Shown here: piece after piece, positions 18,976 through 28,215 of the stretch
Layout of the letters: each line of letters opens with the position of its first letter
Numbering within the stretch: position 1 is the stretch's first letter
Origin: an uncultured Candidatus Bathyarchaeia archaeon
GTDB taxonomy: Archaea > Thermoproteota > Bathyarchaeia > 40CM-2-53-6
DNA: 64,000 nucleotides
Assembly: GCA_964598845.1 (NCBI GenBank)
Contig: CAZRDM010000002.1
Span: 35,428 to 99,427, forward strand
Direction: 5' to 3'
Notes under the pieces: generated by a model
Told to the model about the DNA's origin: nothing
What the model saw: the letters and a program-made list of their open reading frames with translations, nothing else
The model's database searches: none
Position numbers and translations under genes: made by a program

Positions 18976-19926
18976 ATGTCGGCGAAGATAGTCGTTCACG
19001 GTGGGGCTGGCTTCTGGTACAAGAACATCCGGAAAGGTCTACATGGTGTACTCGCAGCGGCCTCAACGGGCAATGACATCCTGAAGCGAGGTGGTATGGC
19101 GCTTGATGCCGTTGAAGAAGCCGTTGCTCTCATGGAAGACAACCCGGTTTTCAACGCCGGAAAGGGCTCGTCGCTTACTGCCATCGAAACGGTTGAGATG
19201 GATGCAGCCATGATGGATGGAAGAGATCTGTCCGCTGGCGCTGTGGCTTTAGTCCGCGAAGTCAAGAACCCGATTCGCCTAGCCCGTCTGGTCATGGAGA
19301 AGACCAATCACGTTCTGCTAGCCGGTGAATGTGCCGAGAGACTCGCTCGCATCTTCTCCCTACCAAGATCCAATCCCGTCACAGCTGAAAGAAGGAGAAT
19401 TCTAAGAAGATACAGGGAAAGGCCTCCTCCCATCAGGGTGGCGTGGATCCGCAGGAACCTGCGTTTGGTCGAAGAACATCCTGAACTCATTCCGCATGAC
19501 ACCGTAGGTGCTGTAGCCGTGGACCATGAAGGGAACTTTGCGGCCGCCACCTCGACTGGAGGTGTCCTAATGAAACTACCCGGGAGAATTGGAGATACCC
19601 CGCTAGTAGGCGCTGGTCTCTATGCGGATAACCTATCCGGTGCCGCCACTGCGACGGGGATAGGAGAAGTAATCGTCAGGTTGGCCTTGTCAAAGGATGT
19701 CTGTTCGATGATGGGAGACGGTCTCCCCGCGACCAAGGCAGCGATCGGGGCGATAATGACGGCATCAAAGCGTCTCAAAGGCGACGCAGGAGTCATAGCT
19801 ATCGACCGTCGGTTACGCGTCGCTGCTGTTCACAATACCCCATACATGCCATGGGCTTTTTCGTCACCAAAAATGCGAAGCGCGAAAGGCAATCCCCGTG
19901 GGACGATCGTGGCAGCATTGCGTTAG
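18976..19926 (+). CDS. Isoaspartyl peptidase/L-asparaginase (plant-type, Ntn hydrolase). The ORF begins at 18952.
   Basis: VVHGGAG, the autoproteolytic site HDTVGAVAVD (nucleophilic Thr) and GAGLYAD. Confidence 0.85.
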   Translation: MSAKIVVHGGAGFWYKNIRKGLHGVLAAASTGNDILKRGGMALDAVEEAVALMEDNPVFNAGKGSSLTAIETVEMDAAMMDGRDLSAGAVALVREVKNPIRLARLVMEKTNHVLLAGECAERLARIFSLPRSNPVTAERRRILRRYRERPPPIRVAWIRRNLRLVEEHPELIPHDTVGAVAVDHEGNFAAATSTGGVLMKLPGRIGDTPLVGAGLYADNLSGAATATGIGEVIVRLALSKDVCSMMGDGLPATKAAIGAIMTASKRLKGDAGVIAIDRRLRVAAVHNTPYMPWAFSSPKMRSAKGNPRGTIVAALR

Positions 19927-20056
19927 AACATTTCTGGTGCGCTTCTTACTGCAAGGGAGCCTGAGGGCTATCACAATCGGCGGAATTGCGGCCAAAAGTT
20001 TTAAAGTACCCGCCTAGGGGGGGTTAGCTCGGCTTTTGGCACAGGAGCCTTTTCTC

Positions 20057-20155
20057 TTGAGCGAAGAGGAAGATTGGGATAGCGAGGAAGAAGACGACTG
20101 GACCGATGATGAATGGGGAGAAGAAGAGGGCTGGGGAGAAGAAGAGGAGTGGTAA
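20057..20155 (+). other. Possible small acidic Trp-rich peptide ORF (LSEEEDWDSEEEDDWTDDEWGEEEGWGEEEEW) with a TTG start in the ABCE1 5' region. It is speculative.
   Basis: A stop-free frame encodes a D/E/W-only peptide ending in TAA 76 nt upstream of the ABCE1 ATG. No ATG is present. Confidence 0.15.
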
Positions 20156-20230
20156 CGTCCAGCCTGATCGCTTCTTCCTCTAGTTGAATTCCCTGACATT
20201 CATTTTCAATCTTTCGAGAGGCCGGTAGTA

Positions 20231-22009
20231 TTGTTACGTGTAGCCACACTAGACAAGGAGCATTGTAAACCCGATGATTGCGGGATCCCGTGCTACAGAT
20301 TCTGTCCTGAAGTTCTGAACAGAAGATACGCAATCAAGTTCATCGCCGGACAGAAGAAACCTGTGATCGATGAAGATCTGTGCACTGGCTGTGGAATCTG
20401 CATAAAGAAATGCCCATTCGAAGCCATCACTATTGTCAAGCTGCCGCAAGAACTGGAAGGCGAATGCATTCACAGCTACGGAGTGAATGAGTTCAAGCTC
20501 TTTCGCCTGCCGGTACCCCGCCCTGGGATCGTTATAGGTCTCATCGGTCGAAATGGCACGGGGAAGAGCACCGCCCTCCGGATTCTGGCTGGTGAACAGA
20601 CTCCAAACTTCGGGATCCCGGGAGCGCAGAGCGGCTGGGACGAAGTTCTGTCTAGATACCGTGGCACACTGCTCTTCGAATACTTCAGTCAGATTGCAGG
20701 AAAGAAACTGAGAGTTGTTCACAAACCACAGCACATCGACAGAATAGGGTCGTTGCTTGAAGGAAAGGTTGAACGAATACTTCGACGGATCGATGAGCGT
20801 GGCAAGCTTCAGGACTTGATTGTAGAACTCGAACTCGAACAAATCCTCGACCGAGAAGCCAAAGTCCTTAGCGGCGGGGAACTCCAACGAGTGGCTATCG
20901 CTGCCGCTATCTCCAAGAATTCCGATGTGTACGTATTCGACGAACCCTCAAGTCACTTGGATATCCATCAAAGGATCCGCGCTGCTAGGAGCATTAGGAA
21001 GCTTGTCGAAGATGGTAAGTCTGTTCTCATCGCAGAGCATGACTTAGCAATGCTCGACTACCTCTCAGACGAGGTCTACCTGCTCTATGGTCAACCTGGC
21101 GCGTACGGAATTGTGTCACATGGCCACCCGACGAGAAGTGGAATCAACGACTACCTGATCGGTTTTCTACCTGATGAAAACATGCGTTTCAGACACCAAC
21201 CGATTCGCTTCCATGTGAGACCCCCAAGACAGATTGATGTTGAAACCGAAACCAAACTCGAATGGCCCATGATAGCCAAAAGAATTGGTAACTTCCATTT
21301 GCAGGTGAAGGCAGGTAGTCTAAGTGCCGGAGAGATAGTGGGAATAATTGGGCCGAACGGAATTGGCAAGACCACTTTCATTAAGGAACTTCTTGAGTAT
21401 TACACGAAATCAACACAAAATCAGTTGCAGGTGAGCTACAAGCCGCAATATATCTCGTCCACGTATGGGGGGACGGTGTATGAACTACTTACAGCCGTCG
21501 GAGGTGACTATGCGTCAAGCCTCTTTAATGAAGACGTCGTCCGCCCGTTATCCATTAACAAACTGCTGGACAGAAAAATAACTGAGTTAAGCGGTGGAGA
21601 GTTGCAACGTGTCGCTATAGCGGCCTGCCTTGGAAAGAGTGCGCAAGTCTACCTGCTGGACGAGCCCAGCGCGTTCCTGGACGTTGAGGAAAGACTGAAC
21701 ATCTCAAAGGCGCTCAGACATCTGATCGATGCACGACAGGCTTTCGCGTTCGTCGTTGAACATGACATCGTAGCGCAAGATTTCCTAGCCGACCGGATTA
21801 TGGTTTTCAGCGGTGTCCCTAGCAGGCGCGGGGAAGGATCGCCTCCCATGCGGCTTAGAGAAGCAATGAACACCTTTCTCTCGGAGATTAGTATCACTTT
21901 CAGGCGGGACCCAGAGACGAAGCGACCCAGAATCAACAAGCCGGACAGCAAACTGGACAAGGAACAGAAAAGCTCGGGAGAATTCTATTACATTGCTGCC
22001 GCCGATTAG
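20231..22009 (+). CDS. abce1: ABCE1/RNase L inhibitor (ribosome recycling factor) with an N-terminal FeS domain
   Basis: The FeS cluster motifs CKPDDCGIPC and CTGCGICIKKC are followed by two ABC domains (GRNGTGKST / GPNGIGKTT and LSGGELQRVAIAA twice). Confidence 0.95.
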   Translation: MLRVATLDKEHCKPDDCGIPCYRFCPEVLNRRYAIKFIAGQKKPVIDEDLCTGCGICIKKCPFEAITIVKLPQELEGECIHSYGVNEFKLFRLPVPRPGIVIGLIGRNGTGKSTALRILAGEQTPNFGIPGAQSGWDEVLSRYRGTLLFEYFSQIAGKKLRVVHKPQHIDRIGSLLEGKVERILRRIDERGKLQDLIVELELEQILDREAKVLSGGELQRVAIAAAISKNSDVYVFDEPSSHLDIHQRIRAARSIRKLVEDGKSVLIAEHDLAMLDYLSDEVYLLYGQPGAYGIVSHGHPTRSGINDYLIGFLPDENMRFRHQPIRFHVRPPRQIDVETETKLEWPMIAKRIGNFHLQVKAGSLSAGEIVGIIGPNGIGKTTFIKELLEYYTKSTQNQLQVSYKPQYISSTYGGTVYELLTAVGGDYASSLFNEDVVRPLSINKLLDRKITELSGGELQRVAIAACLGKSAQVYLLDEPSAFLDVEERLNISKALRHLIDARQAFAFVVEHDIVAQDFLADRIMVFSGVPSRRGEGSPPMRLREAMNTFLSEISITFRRDPETKRPRINKPDSKLDKEQKSSGEFYYIAAAD

Positions 22010-22067
22010 GCTGCTACAGGTTTAACTAGCGCGTCTTTGCCTTAGAGGCTCGGAGAAAAAGCTCGGA

Positions 22068-22280
22068 GTGTCAACGAACTACTGTCTAGAATGTGGTGGG
22101 ATTCTCACCTACGACACCGCTCTGAAACTGTACACATGTAGAAGTTGCGGTCTCACCTTCAACTCTCAGCAGCTAATGGAAGCTCGAATCAAGATGCGAG
22201 AGCGAGAAAGCCCCGAGGAGCAACGCAAGCGCAAGCAGAATGAGTACTTGAAATGGTGGCTTTCAAAGAAGGCAGGATGA
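22068..22280 (+). CDS. Small zinc-ribbon protein with a basic C-terminal tail
   Basis: CLECGG...CRSCG is a four-Cys Zn-ribbon, followed by K/R-rich RKRKQNEYLKWW. Confidence 0.45.
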   Translation: MSTNYCLECGGILTYDTALKLYTCRSCGLTFNSQQLMEARIKMRERESPEEQRKRKQNEYLKWWLSKKAG

Positions 22281-22373
22281 TTGTGTCATATCTGGTGAGA
22301 AGAACTCAGACATCAATCCCGTGAAAAACAATAGTACTTATTATCCATATTCTCACACGGCAACTCCGTCCGG

Positions 22374-23198
22374 GTGTCAAAAGATTTGGAATGCACAGTT
22401 GAGATACTATCCATAGGAAACGAGCTCTTACTCGGAAATACGTTTAACACCAACGCAACATGGATTGCGGAAAGGGTCACTGCACTGGGGGGAAAGGTTA
22501 GACGGATAACCACGGTCGCGGACAACCTGAACGAAATCTCGCAAGCCGTAAGCGAATCAATCAAGAGAAGACCCAGAATTCTGATCACCACTGGTGGTAT
22601 TGGACCAACCTTCGATGACATGACGCTCAGCGGTGTTGCCAAAGCGCTTGGTCTACGTCTGAAGCTTGATAATGTCGCTGTGGCGATGATCAGACAGCAC
22701 TATGCTCGCAGATTTCCGAGACGCCGCATATCACTAACCAAGCCACGTCTTAAGATGGCTCTGATCCCCTCAGGAGGAACACCGATCCTCAATCCAGTCG
22801 GCACAGCACCTAGCGTTAGGATCAATGTGAATCAAATCGCGATCTTCTGTCTACCCGGTGTCCCTAGAGAGGCGAAAGCCATCTTCACTCGTACGCTTGC
22901 CGAAATCATACGTGCGAGAGCGCGAGGAAGGAAGTTTCTGGAGAAATGGATTGAAGTTCGAGGGATTATGGAATCGTCGCTGGCACCCGTTCTCGATGCT
23001 CTCATGCGACGGTCGACTGGTGTCTACATCAAGTCGCATCCAAGAGGTATAGAGGCGGGAGGCCACCCCTTTATCCATCTGCATTTCTCGATGTCGTCTT
23101 CAAATGAAAGAAAGGCTGAGCGAGTGCTCGACCAAGCCGTTTGCGAAGCGATCGAAGGACTTTCTAGGTTGGGCGGAAGAGTCCGTCAAATAGAATGA
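22374..23198 (+). CDS. CinA-like/MoCF-binding-domain protein (MoaB/MogA fold)
   Basis: The N-terminus VEILSIGNELLLGNTFNTNATWIAERVTALG...ILITTGGIGPTFDD is typical of a molybdopterin-binding fold. Confidence 0.7.
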   Translation: MSKDLECTVEILSIGNELLLGNTFNTNATWIAERVTALGGKVRRITTVADNLNEISQAVSESIKRRPRILITTGGIGPTFDDMTLSGVAKALGLRLKLDNVAVAMIRQHYARRFPRRRISLTKPRLKMALIPSGGTPILNPVGTAPSVRINVNQIAIFCLPGVPREAKAIFTRTLAEIIRARARGRKFLEKWIEVRGIMESSLAPVLDALMRRSTGVYIKSHPRGIEAGGHPFIHLHFSMSSSNERKAERVLDQAVCEAIEGLSRLGGRVRQIE

Positions 23199-23494
23199 GA
23201 ACTTGGCAGACATCGAACCTCCAAATTCTCTAAAACGTGAAAATGCGTGATAGTGCAACATAGGTCTGGACAAGAAGCGATTTCAGATTGGTTATGATTC
23301 TACTTTGACAGATCTGAGGAGAAAATTCTCAGTGAATGTTGAGAAACCAAGCCATAATGAACAGCTAATCTTTCGGGTTGCTCTCGAGAGTCATGGTTTG
23401 AATCCACGTCACACGCACTTCGTCGAGTACTCATGTCCCCGGACCAATGATTCAGATCTGCAATGATACCCGAAGCTCCGTTTACTGTCACACA

Positions 23495-24004
23495 TTAAGG
23501 AACCAGTTCTAGGTGCCTATTTTTCCCTGGGTGCGAAATTGTACCAACAACGAGGTTTGACAGTAGATAGGTCAGCAATACATAGGGCCACATATACCCT
23601 GCAAATATGTTCCAGCCAATCAGGATTTCGTCGACTGGTCGACCGAGAGCCAAGCTGCCAACCCATTCGAACATCAAAGTCAAGCTCAGCCACAGAATGC
23701 CAACATGAATCAAATCCTTGGTTTCATATGCCTTGACGAATCGGAGCAGGAAATATGCGAGAACAGAGATGTACACAATCCGAGTGGACATGCCGATTTG
23801 ATGTGCCACGAGAACACCCCATCTCGGTTCGTAGACGAGATTCATCAGTACAAAGAAGTTGAAGCCCGAAATCAAGATCTCCATTAACCAAACGCGAATC
23901 GCGGTCTTCAAGAAGGGAAAGTTCATGAGGAGCCCAGCATTGCGTGTTCGCATATTTAGCAGACGACTATAGTCGTTTCGCCTCAGAATGCTGCAATTAA
24001 TCAA
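23495..24004 (-). CDS. Hypothetical integral membrane protein
   Basis: Several hydrophobic helices are present. No family was recognised. Confidence 0.45.
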   Translation of the reverse strand: MINCSILRRNDYSRLLNMRTRNAGLLMNFPFLKTAIRVWLMEILISGFNFFVLMNLVYEPRWGVLVAHQIGMSTRIVYISVLAYFLLRFVKAYETKDLIHVGILWLSLTLMFEWVGSLALGRPVDEILIGWNIFAGYMWPYVLLTYLLSNLVVGTISHPGKNRHLELVP

Positions 24005-24410
24005 CGAAACAATGGCCCCTAGCTCAAGAATGTCTGGCGAGTTAATGGATGAAGCGCATCGCAGACGACGGCCACTTCCAGAGGCTCAAAGGAATTGTCA
24101 AAGCGTTGACTCTGAACGACATCACAATTGATTCAAGTACGCGTTCAGATGGACACACGTATTGGAGCAGAAGCCAACTGTCAGACAAGCGCCCCCGTGC
24201 ACTCCCTCGGCATAAGTGCTCCTCACAATTACACGCCATGAACGCTTACTGCTCCGGACCCGGGTTCACAGTCACTGTTCCTGTTCTAGCCTGCTCATCA
24301 TCGCAGCGGCCTAGTCTCTCTGCTCTGATTTGGAAAAACCTTGCTCTAGCTGCCATGTAACTAGCACGGTAGACTGATAGGTGAAAGTACCTTGCGTGCG
24401 GGGGAATGTT

Positions 24411-24950
24411 ATGGCTAACGCTGTCTTCGTTCTTGGCATGCGGGATCGGGTAAATCAACTCTCACAGCGGCCTATCGGGAATGGCTCAAGGATTCAGCAT
24501 GAGACGTACTGGTTACAAACCTAGACCCGGGAGGAACAACTCTCTCCTACAATGCAGACATTAATGCTTGACCATACACTCGGACCAAATATTGCCCCAA
24601 TCATGGCATCGGACGTGCTTGCTGATCATTTGGAGGAAATTTCTCCTCTTTGTGGAGCTCAACGCGGCCGTAACCAGAGTTTTAACCCGTGGCGAAGAAC
24701 CTTCCGCGCAATGTTTCATTCCTTGAAGTCCTCTCCGAGTAAATGAGCGAAGCTTCGCGCCATGGAAACCGACGCGCGCCAACATAGGGCAGATCGGGTT
24801 CATAACAAGACCTGATGTAAGGGCATTATGCTTGATAATAGTGCGCCATCCAGATCTCACGAGACAAGAAAACGAATATGCTTTCTGCCAGCACAAGATA
24901 CTCTTCAATCGGCATTAACACAAGCGGAATTGCATGCAACGCATTAAATA
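24411..24950 (+). pseudogene. GPN-loop GTPase pseudogene (at least two frameshifts and two stops)
   Basis: Frame 1 reads MANAVFVLG. Frame 3 then reads GSGKSTLTAAYREWLKDSA*DVLVTNLDPGGTTLSYNADINA*. Back in frame 1 comes LMLDHTLGPNIAPIMASDVLADHLEEI. The P-loop, the NLDP motif and the GPN motif are all present but lie in different frames. Confidence 0.55.
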
Positions 24951-24965
24951 GGGGGGTCAACTCCT

Positions 24966-25460
24966 TTGCAGCATCTCCGAAACCGCGGGTTCAACTTGGG
25001 AACCACGAGCGTTGCTCTGCTCTTGTTGATTATCGTGCTGACCTCCCTCCCCACTGGCTTCGCGCCTGGCCCAAGCGAAGTGAGCAGGATCATCATTACT
25101 CGAGAGGTTCCTTTGACGAGAAAAGTTGTGTTAGTAGGGTTCGATCTGCATACCATTGATCCACAAAGTATCCTGACGGGTAAGTTGGACTTCGGACTTA
25201 GAAGGAGCAAGATCTCCCAAACTAGAGATCTCGTTGATAACGCCTTGGAGAAACACAATTCGATGAAATATGTGCACGCAATCCGAATTGCTGTTCTTGC
25301 TGTTCAAGTTGCGGATGGAGCCCTGATTGCCACTTCGGCAGCGCCGAACGCTGTGACTTCTGTCGGTCTACTCTCCCTAGTATTAGGAATCGTCATCGGG
25401 TCATCACTTATGTTCTTGGTTTTAAGAAGATACTCTCACGAAGTAATTGGAGGGAAGTGA
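24966..25460 (+). CDS. Hypothetical membrane protein (N-terminal signal anchor plus C-terminal TM)
   Basis: LGTTSVALLLLIIVLTSLP and a C-terminal helix LLSLVLGIVIGSSLMFLVL. Confidence 0.45.
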   Translation: MQHLRNRGFNLGTTSVALLLLIIVLTSLPTGFAPGPSEVSRIIITREVPLTRKVVLVGFDLHTIDPQSILTGKLDFGLRRSKISQTRDLVDNALEKHNSMKYVHAIRIAVLAVQVADGALIATSAAPNAVTSVGLLSLVLGIVIGSSLMFLVLRRYSHEVIGGK

Positions 25461-26392
25461 ACCACCCGCGAGGTGCTCAGATGCATTCAGACAAGACCCA
25501 GGCATCGATAGAGCACCTCTATCGTGAACTTGAGGGCCTCAAACAAAACAACGCAGGCAAGAAGGCTCAAATCGCACAACTCCGAGAACAGATTGAAGCA
25601 GCCATCACACAGCGCGATTCGCTCAACGCAGAAGTCAAGGAAATTTTGAACAAGGTCAGAGAACTGAAGTCAATGAGGGATGCTCTCAACGCGAAAGTCA
25701 AGGAGCTCAAACAGAAGCGTGATGAACTGAGAAATGCAGCTTCCGAAAAACGGCAGATGCTCACGAGATTGCTTGAGCATGCGCGGGAAATTTCGGAGCA
25801 AGTGCAGGGGAGTATGTCTGAACTTTCTAGGCAGATCAGGCAGTTAGAATGGTATATTCAAACCAACGCACTTGCACCAAAGACCGAGAGAAATCTTATC
25901 GCGAAAATTGGTACATTGGAAGCCAACTTGACAAAGCATAAGGGACTTGGAAATGTTAGAGACAAGCTCCTTCGGCTGAGGATAGAAGTTGGGGCACTGA
26001 GAATTCAAGCCCAGTCTACTCATGAGGAACTGACTAAGATAGCTCAAGAAAGCGAAGAAGTTCACACCTCCATGCAGGAACTCGTCAAAAATCTAACAGA
26101 GAAAAAGAGGGAAGCTGACCAGAAGCACGCGGAATACCTCGAACTAAGCAAGGAACGCCACGAAATTGTGGGAGCCCTGAAACGGAACCTAGTGAGGATA
26201 GATGAAATAAGAGCCCAGATAGGCGAAACAAGAACGAGCTCTAAGGTTGAGAAAGCCGAGAAGCTCAAGTCGAAGTACAGGGAATCCGCGAATGAGAAAC
26301 TTCGGACAGGCGGCAAACTGTCGCTTGAGGAATTTCAGGCATTGATGGCCGATACACTGTCAGACAGCGATGAAGACTCAAAGGAGTCGTGA
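25457..26392 (+). CDS. Conserved archaeal coiled-coil protein (COG1340-like)
   Basis: About 300 aa of heptad-rich sequence (KELKQKRDELRNA..., EKLKSKYRESANEKLRTGGKLSLEEF) with an acidic C-terminus. Confidence 0.55.
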   Translation: MNHPRGAQMHSDKTQASIEHLYRELEGLKQNNAGKKAQIAQLREQIEAAITQRDSLNAEVKEILNKVRELKSMRDALNAKVKELKQKRDELRNAASEKRQMLTRLLEHAREISEQVQGSMSELSRQIRQLEWYIQTNALAPKTERNLIAKIGTLEANLTKHKGLGNVRDKLLRLRIEVGALRIQAQSTHEELTKIAQESEEVHTSMQELVKNLTEKKREADQKHAEYLELSKERHEIVGALKRNLVRIDEIRAQIGETRTSSKVEKAEKLKSKYRESANEKLRTGGKLSLEEFQALMADTLSDSDEDSKES

Positions 26393-26398
26393 TATTCC

Positions 26399-27172
26399 AT
26401 GCCTAGGATTGCAGTCATAGGGGGAAGCGGTCTCGAAGGGCTCCTAATGGGCTCCCGTGAAATTCGGGTTGGGACACCGTACGGGCCGGCTCCGGCCATA
26501 TCCGTCGGCTCCGCAGGAGTAGAAGAAGTTGCCTTCCTCCCGCGGCATGGACGAAAGCACGACTCGCCCCCTCACAAGGTGAACTATAGAGCAAATCTGT
26601 ATGCTCTCAAGCAAATTGGGATCGAACGTATTCTTGCCACCAATGCCGTGGGAGCGATAAACTCGACTTATAATCCAGGCGACCTAGCTGTTCCCGAGGA
26701 CATCTTAGACATTACGAAATCCAGGGTGACAACATTCTTCGATAGCTCCCCGGTTACTCATGTTGATGTCTCACAACCCTACTGTCCAGAACTCCGCAGA
26801 GCCTTGATCGACGCGGCAAGGGCTGTAGAAGCTAAGACATGGAGTAACTCAATTATGACAGTGACTGAGGGCCCTCGTTATGAAACCCCAGCTGAGATTC
26901 GAATGCTTCAGACGCTGGGAGGCGACATCGTTGGCATGACAGGAGCCCCAGAAGTCTTTCTTGCAAGAGAACTTGAGATATGCTATTCTGCACTGTGTTT
27001 CATCTCAAACAGAGCTGCGGGACAACAGGACAAGCTATCTGCGGTCGAAGTCATGGAGATCGGAAAGAGAGTCATGCCCGAGGTGCTTACGGTGATACGC
27101 AGGGCCATCGAGAAGATCCCTGTACCGAGAGCCTGCCCTTGCGCCAAGGCAATAGAAGAGGCCCAAGTGTGA
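26399..27172 (+). CDS. mtnP: 5'-methylthioadenosine/purine nucleoside phosphorylase (PNP/MTAP family)
   Basis: IAVIGGSG, the phosphate-binding region and TNAVGAIN. Confidence 0.85.
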   Translation: MPRIAVIGGSGLEGLLMGSREIRVGTPYGPAPAISVGSAGVEEVAFLPRHGRKHDSPPHKVNYRANLYALKQIGIERILATNAVGAINSTYNPGDLAVPEDILDITKSRVTTFFDSSPVTHVDVSQPYCPELRRALIDAARAVEAKTWSNSIMTVTEGPRYETPAEIRMLQTLGGDIVGMTGAPEVFLARELEICYSALCFISNRAAGQQDKLSAVEVMEIGKRVMPEVLTVIRRAIEKIPVPRACPCAKAIEEAQV

Positions 27173-27176
27173 ATCT

Positions 27177-27959
27177 ATGTTACCGACCCTGCTCAAGATC
27201 ATAGGAGCCTACAGGTTTTACGAAAGATGGCTTGAAGATACTGTTACTTCAGGTGAGCTACCCGAACATATCGGTGTAATACTAGACGGGAATAGAAGGT
27301 GGGCCTCCGACAGATACGGAGACAAGCTGAATGGTCACATTTACGGGGCGAGGACTGGCAAAGAATTTCTTGAGTGGTGTCTTGAACTGGAAATCAAGAC
27401 TGTCACGCTCTACGTCTTCTCAACCGAGAACTTCCTGCGCCCTCAGGATGAGGTTCGAACGATTCTCAAAATAATCGAGGACGAAGCGAGGAAACTCATC
27501 ACCGATGAAAGAATACATCAATACAGGGTACACGTGAAAGCGATCGGACGCCTAGAGCTCCTTCCGGAATCGCTGAGGAATGTCTTGGTTGAGGTTGAAC
27601 GAGCAACTGCAACATATGATCAACACTACCTGAATATTGCTGTTGCATACGGTGGTAGAGCTGAGATTGTGGATGCAGCGAAGCGAATCATCGACGAAGT
27701 CAAGAGCGGCATTTTGGATGGGAATTCCGTGGATGAAAACATGTTCACCAAGTACCTGTACACTTCTCATCTTCCTAACCCGTACCCTGAGGTAATCATT
27801 CGAACCTCAGGCGAAGAGCGACTGAGCGGTTTCCTGATCTGGCAGGCAGCCTACAGCGAGTTTATCTTCCTTGATGTCTATTGGCCAGAATTCCGCCGCA
27901 TCGACCTCTTGAGAGCTATTAGAACCTACCAGCGTCGCAGGCGAAGATTCGGTAGGTGA
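27177..27959 (+). CDS. uppS: Undecaprenyl/cis-prenyl diphosphate synthase
   Basis: HIGVILDGNRRWA, TLYVFSTENFLRP and IRTSGEERLSGFLIWQAAYSE are diagnostic. Confidence 0.9.
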   Translation: MLPTLLKIIGAYRFYERWLEDTVTSGELPEHIGVILDGNRRWASDRYGDKLNGHIYGARTGKEFLEWCLELEIKTVTLYVFSTENFLRPQDEVRTILKIIEDEARKLITDERIHQYRVHVKAIGRLELLPESLRNVLVEVERATATYDQHYLNIAVAYGGRAEIVDAAKRIIDEVKSGILDGNSVDENMFTKYLYTSHLPNPYPEVIIRTSGEERLSGFLIWQAAYSEFIFLDVYWPEFRRIDLLRAIRTYQRRRRRFGR

Positions 27960-28215
27960 GACAGATAAACAAGCAAGCTCGGAACTGCGAAGTTGAATTT
28001 AGCTTTAAGGCTCCTGTTTCCCTCTTTACTTTCGAACCATGTTGTAGGTTGGTTTCATCAAATCTGTATTGGACACGCAAGTCCGAAAAACAACTGCATG
28101 CCAAGTTTGACATGACTTTATCCATACAAATCATCACGAAAGTGTAACCAAGCCTTATCTTCGCAAGTTTGAAGCATCCGCAGAGTCACGCGAGTCGCTG
28201 AAGTTACAGAATTTC

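Noticed and set aside
20014-20199. 61-aa Ser-rich ORF on the minus strand
   Set aside because: It is an extremely low-complexity poly-Ser translation of a GAA/GAG-rich region. The plus-strand acidic frame is the only reading worth noting, and that at low confidence.
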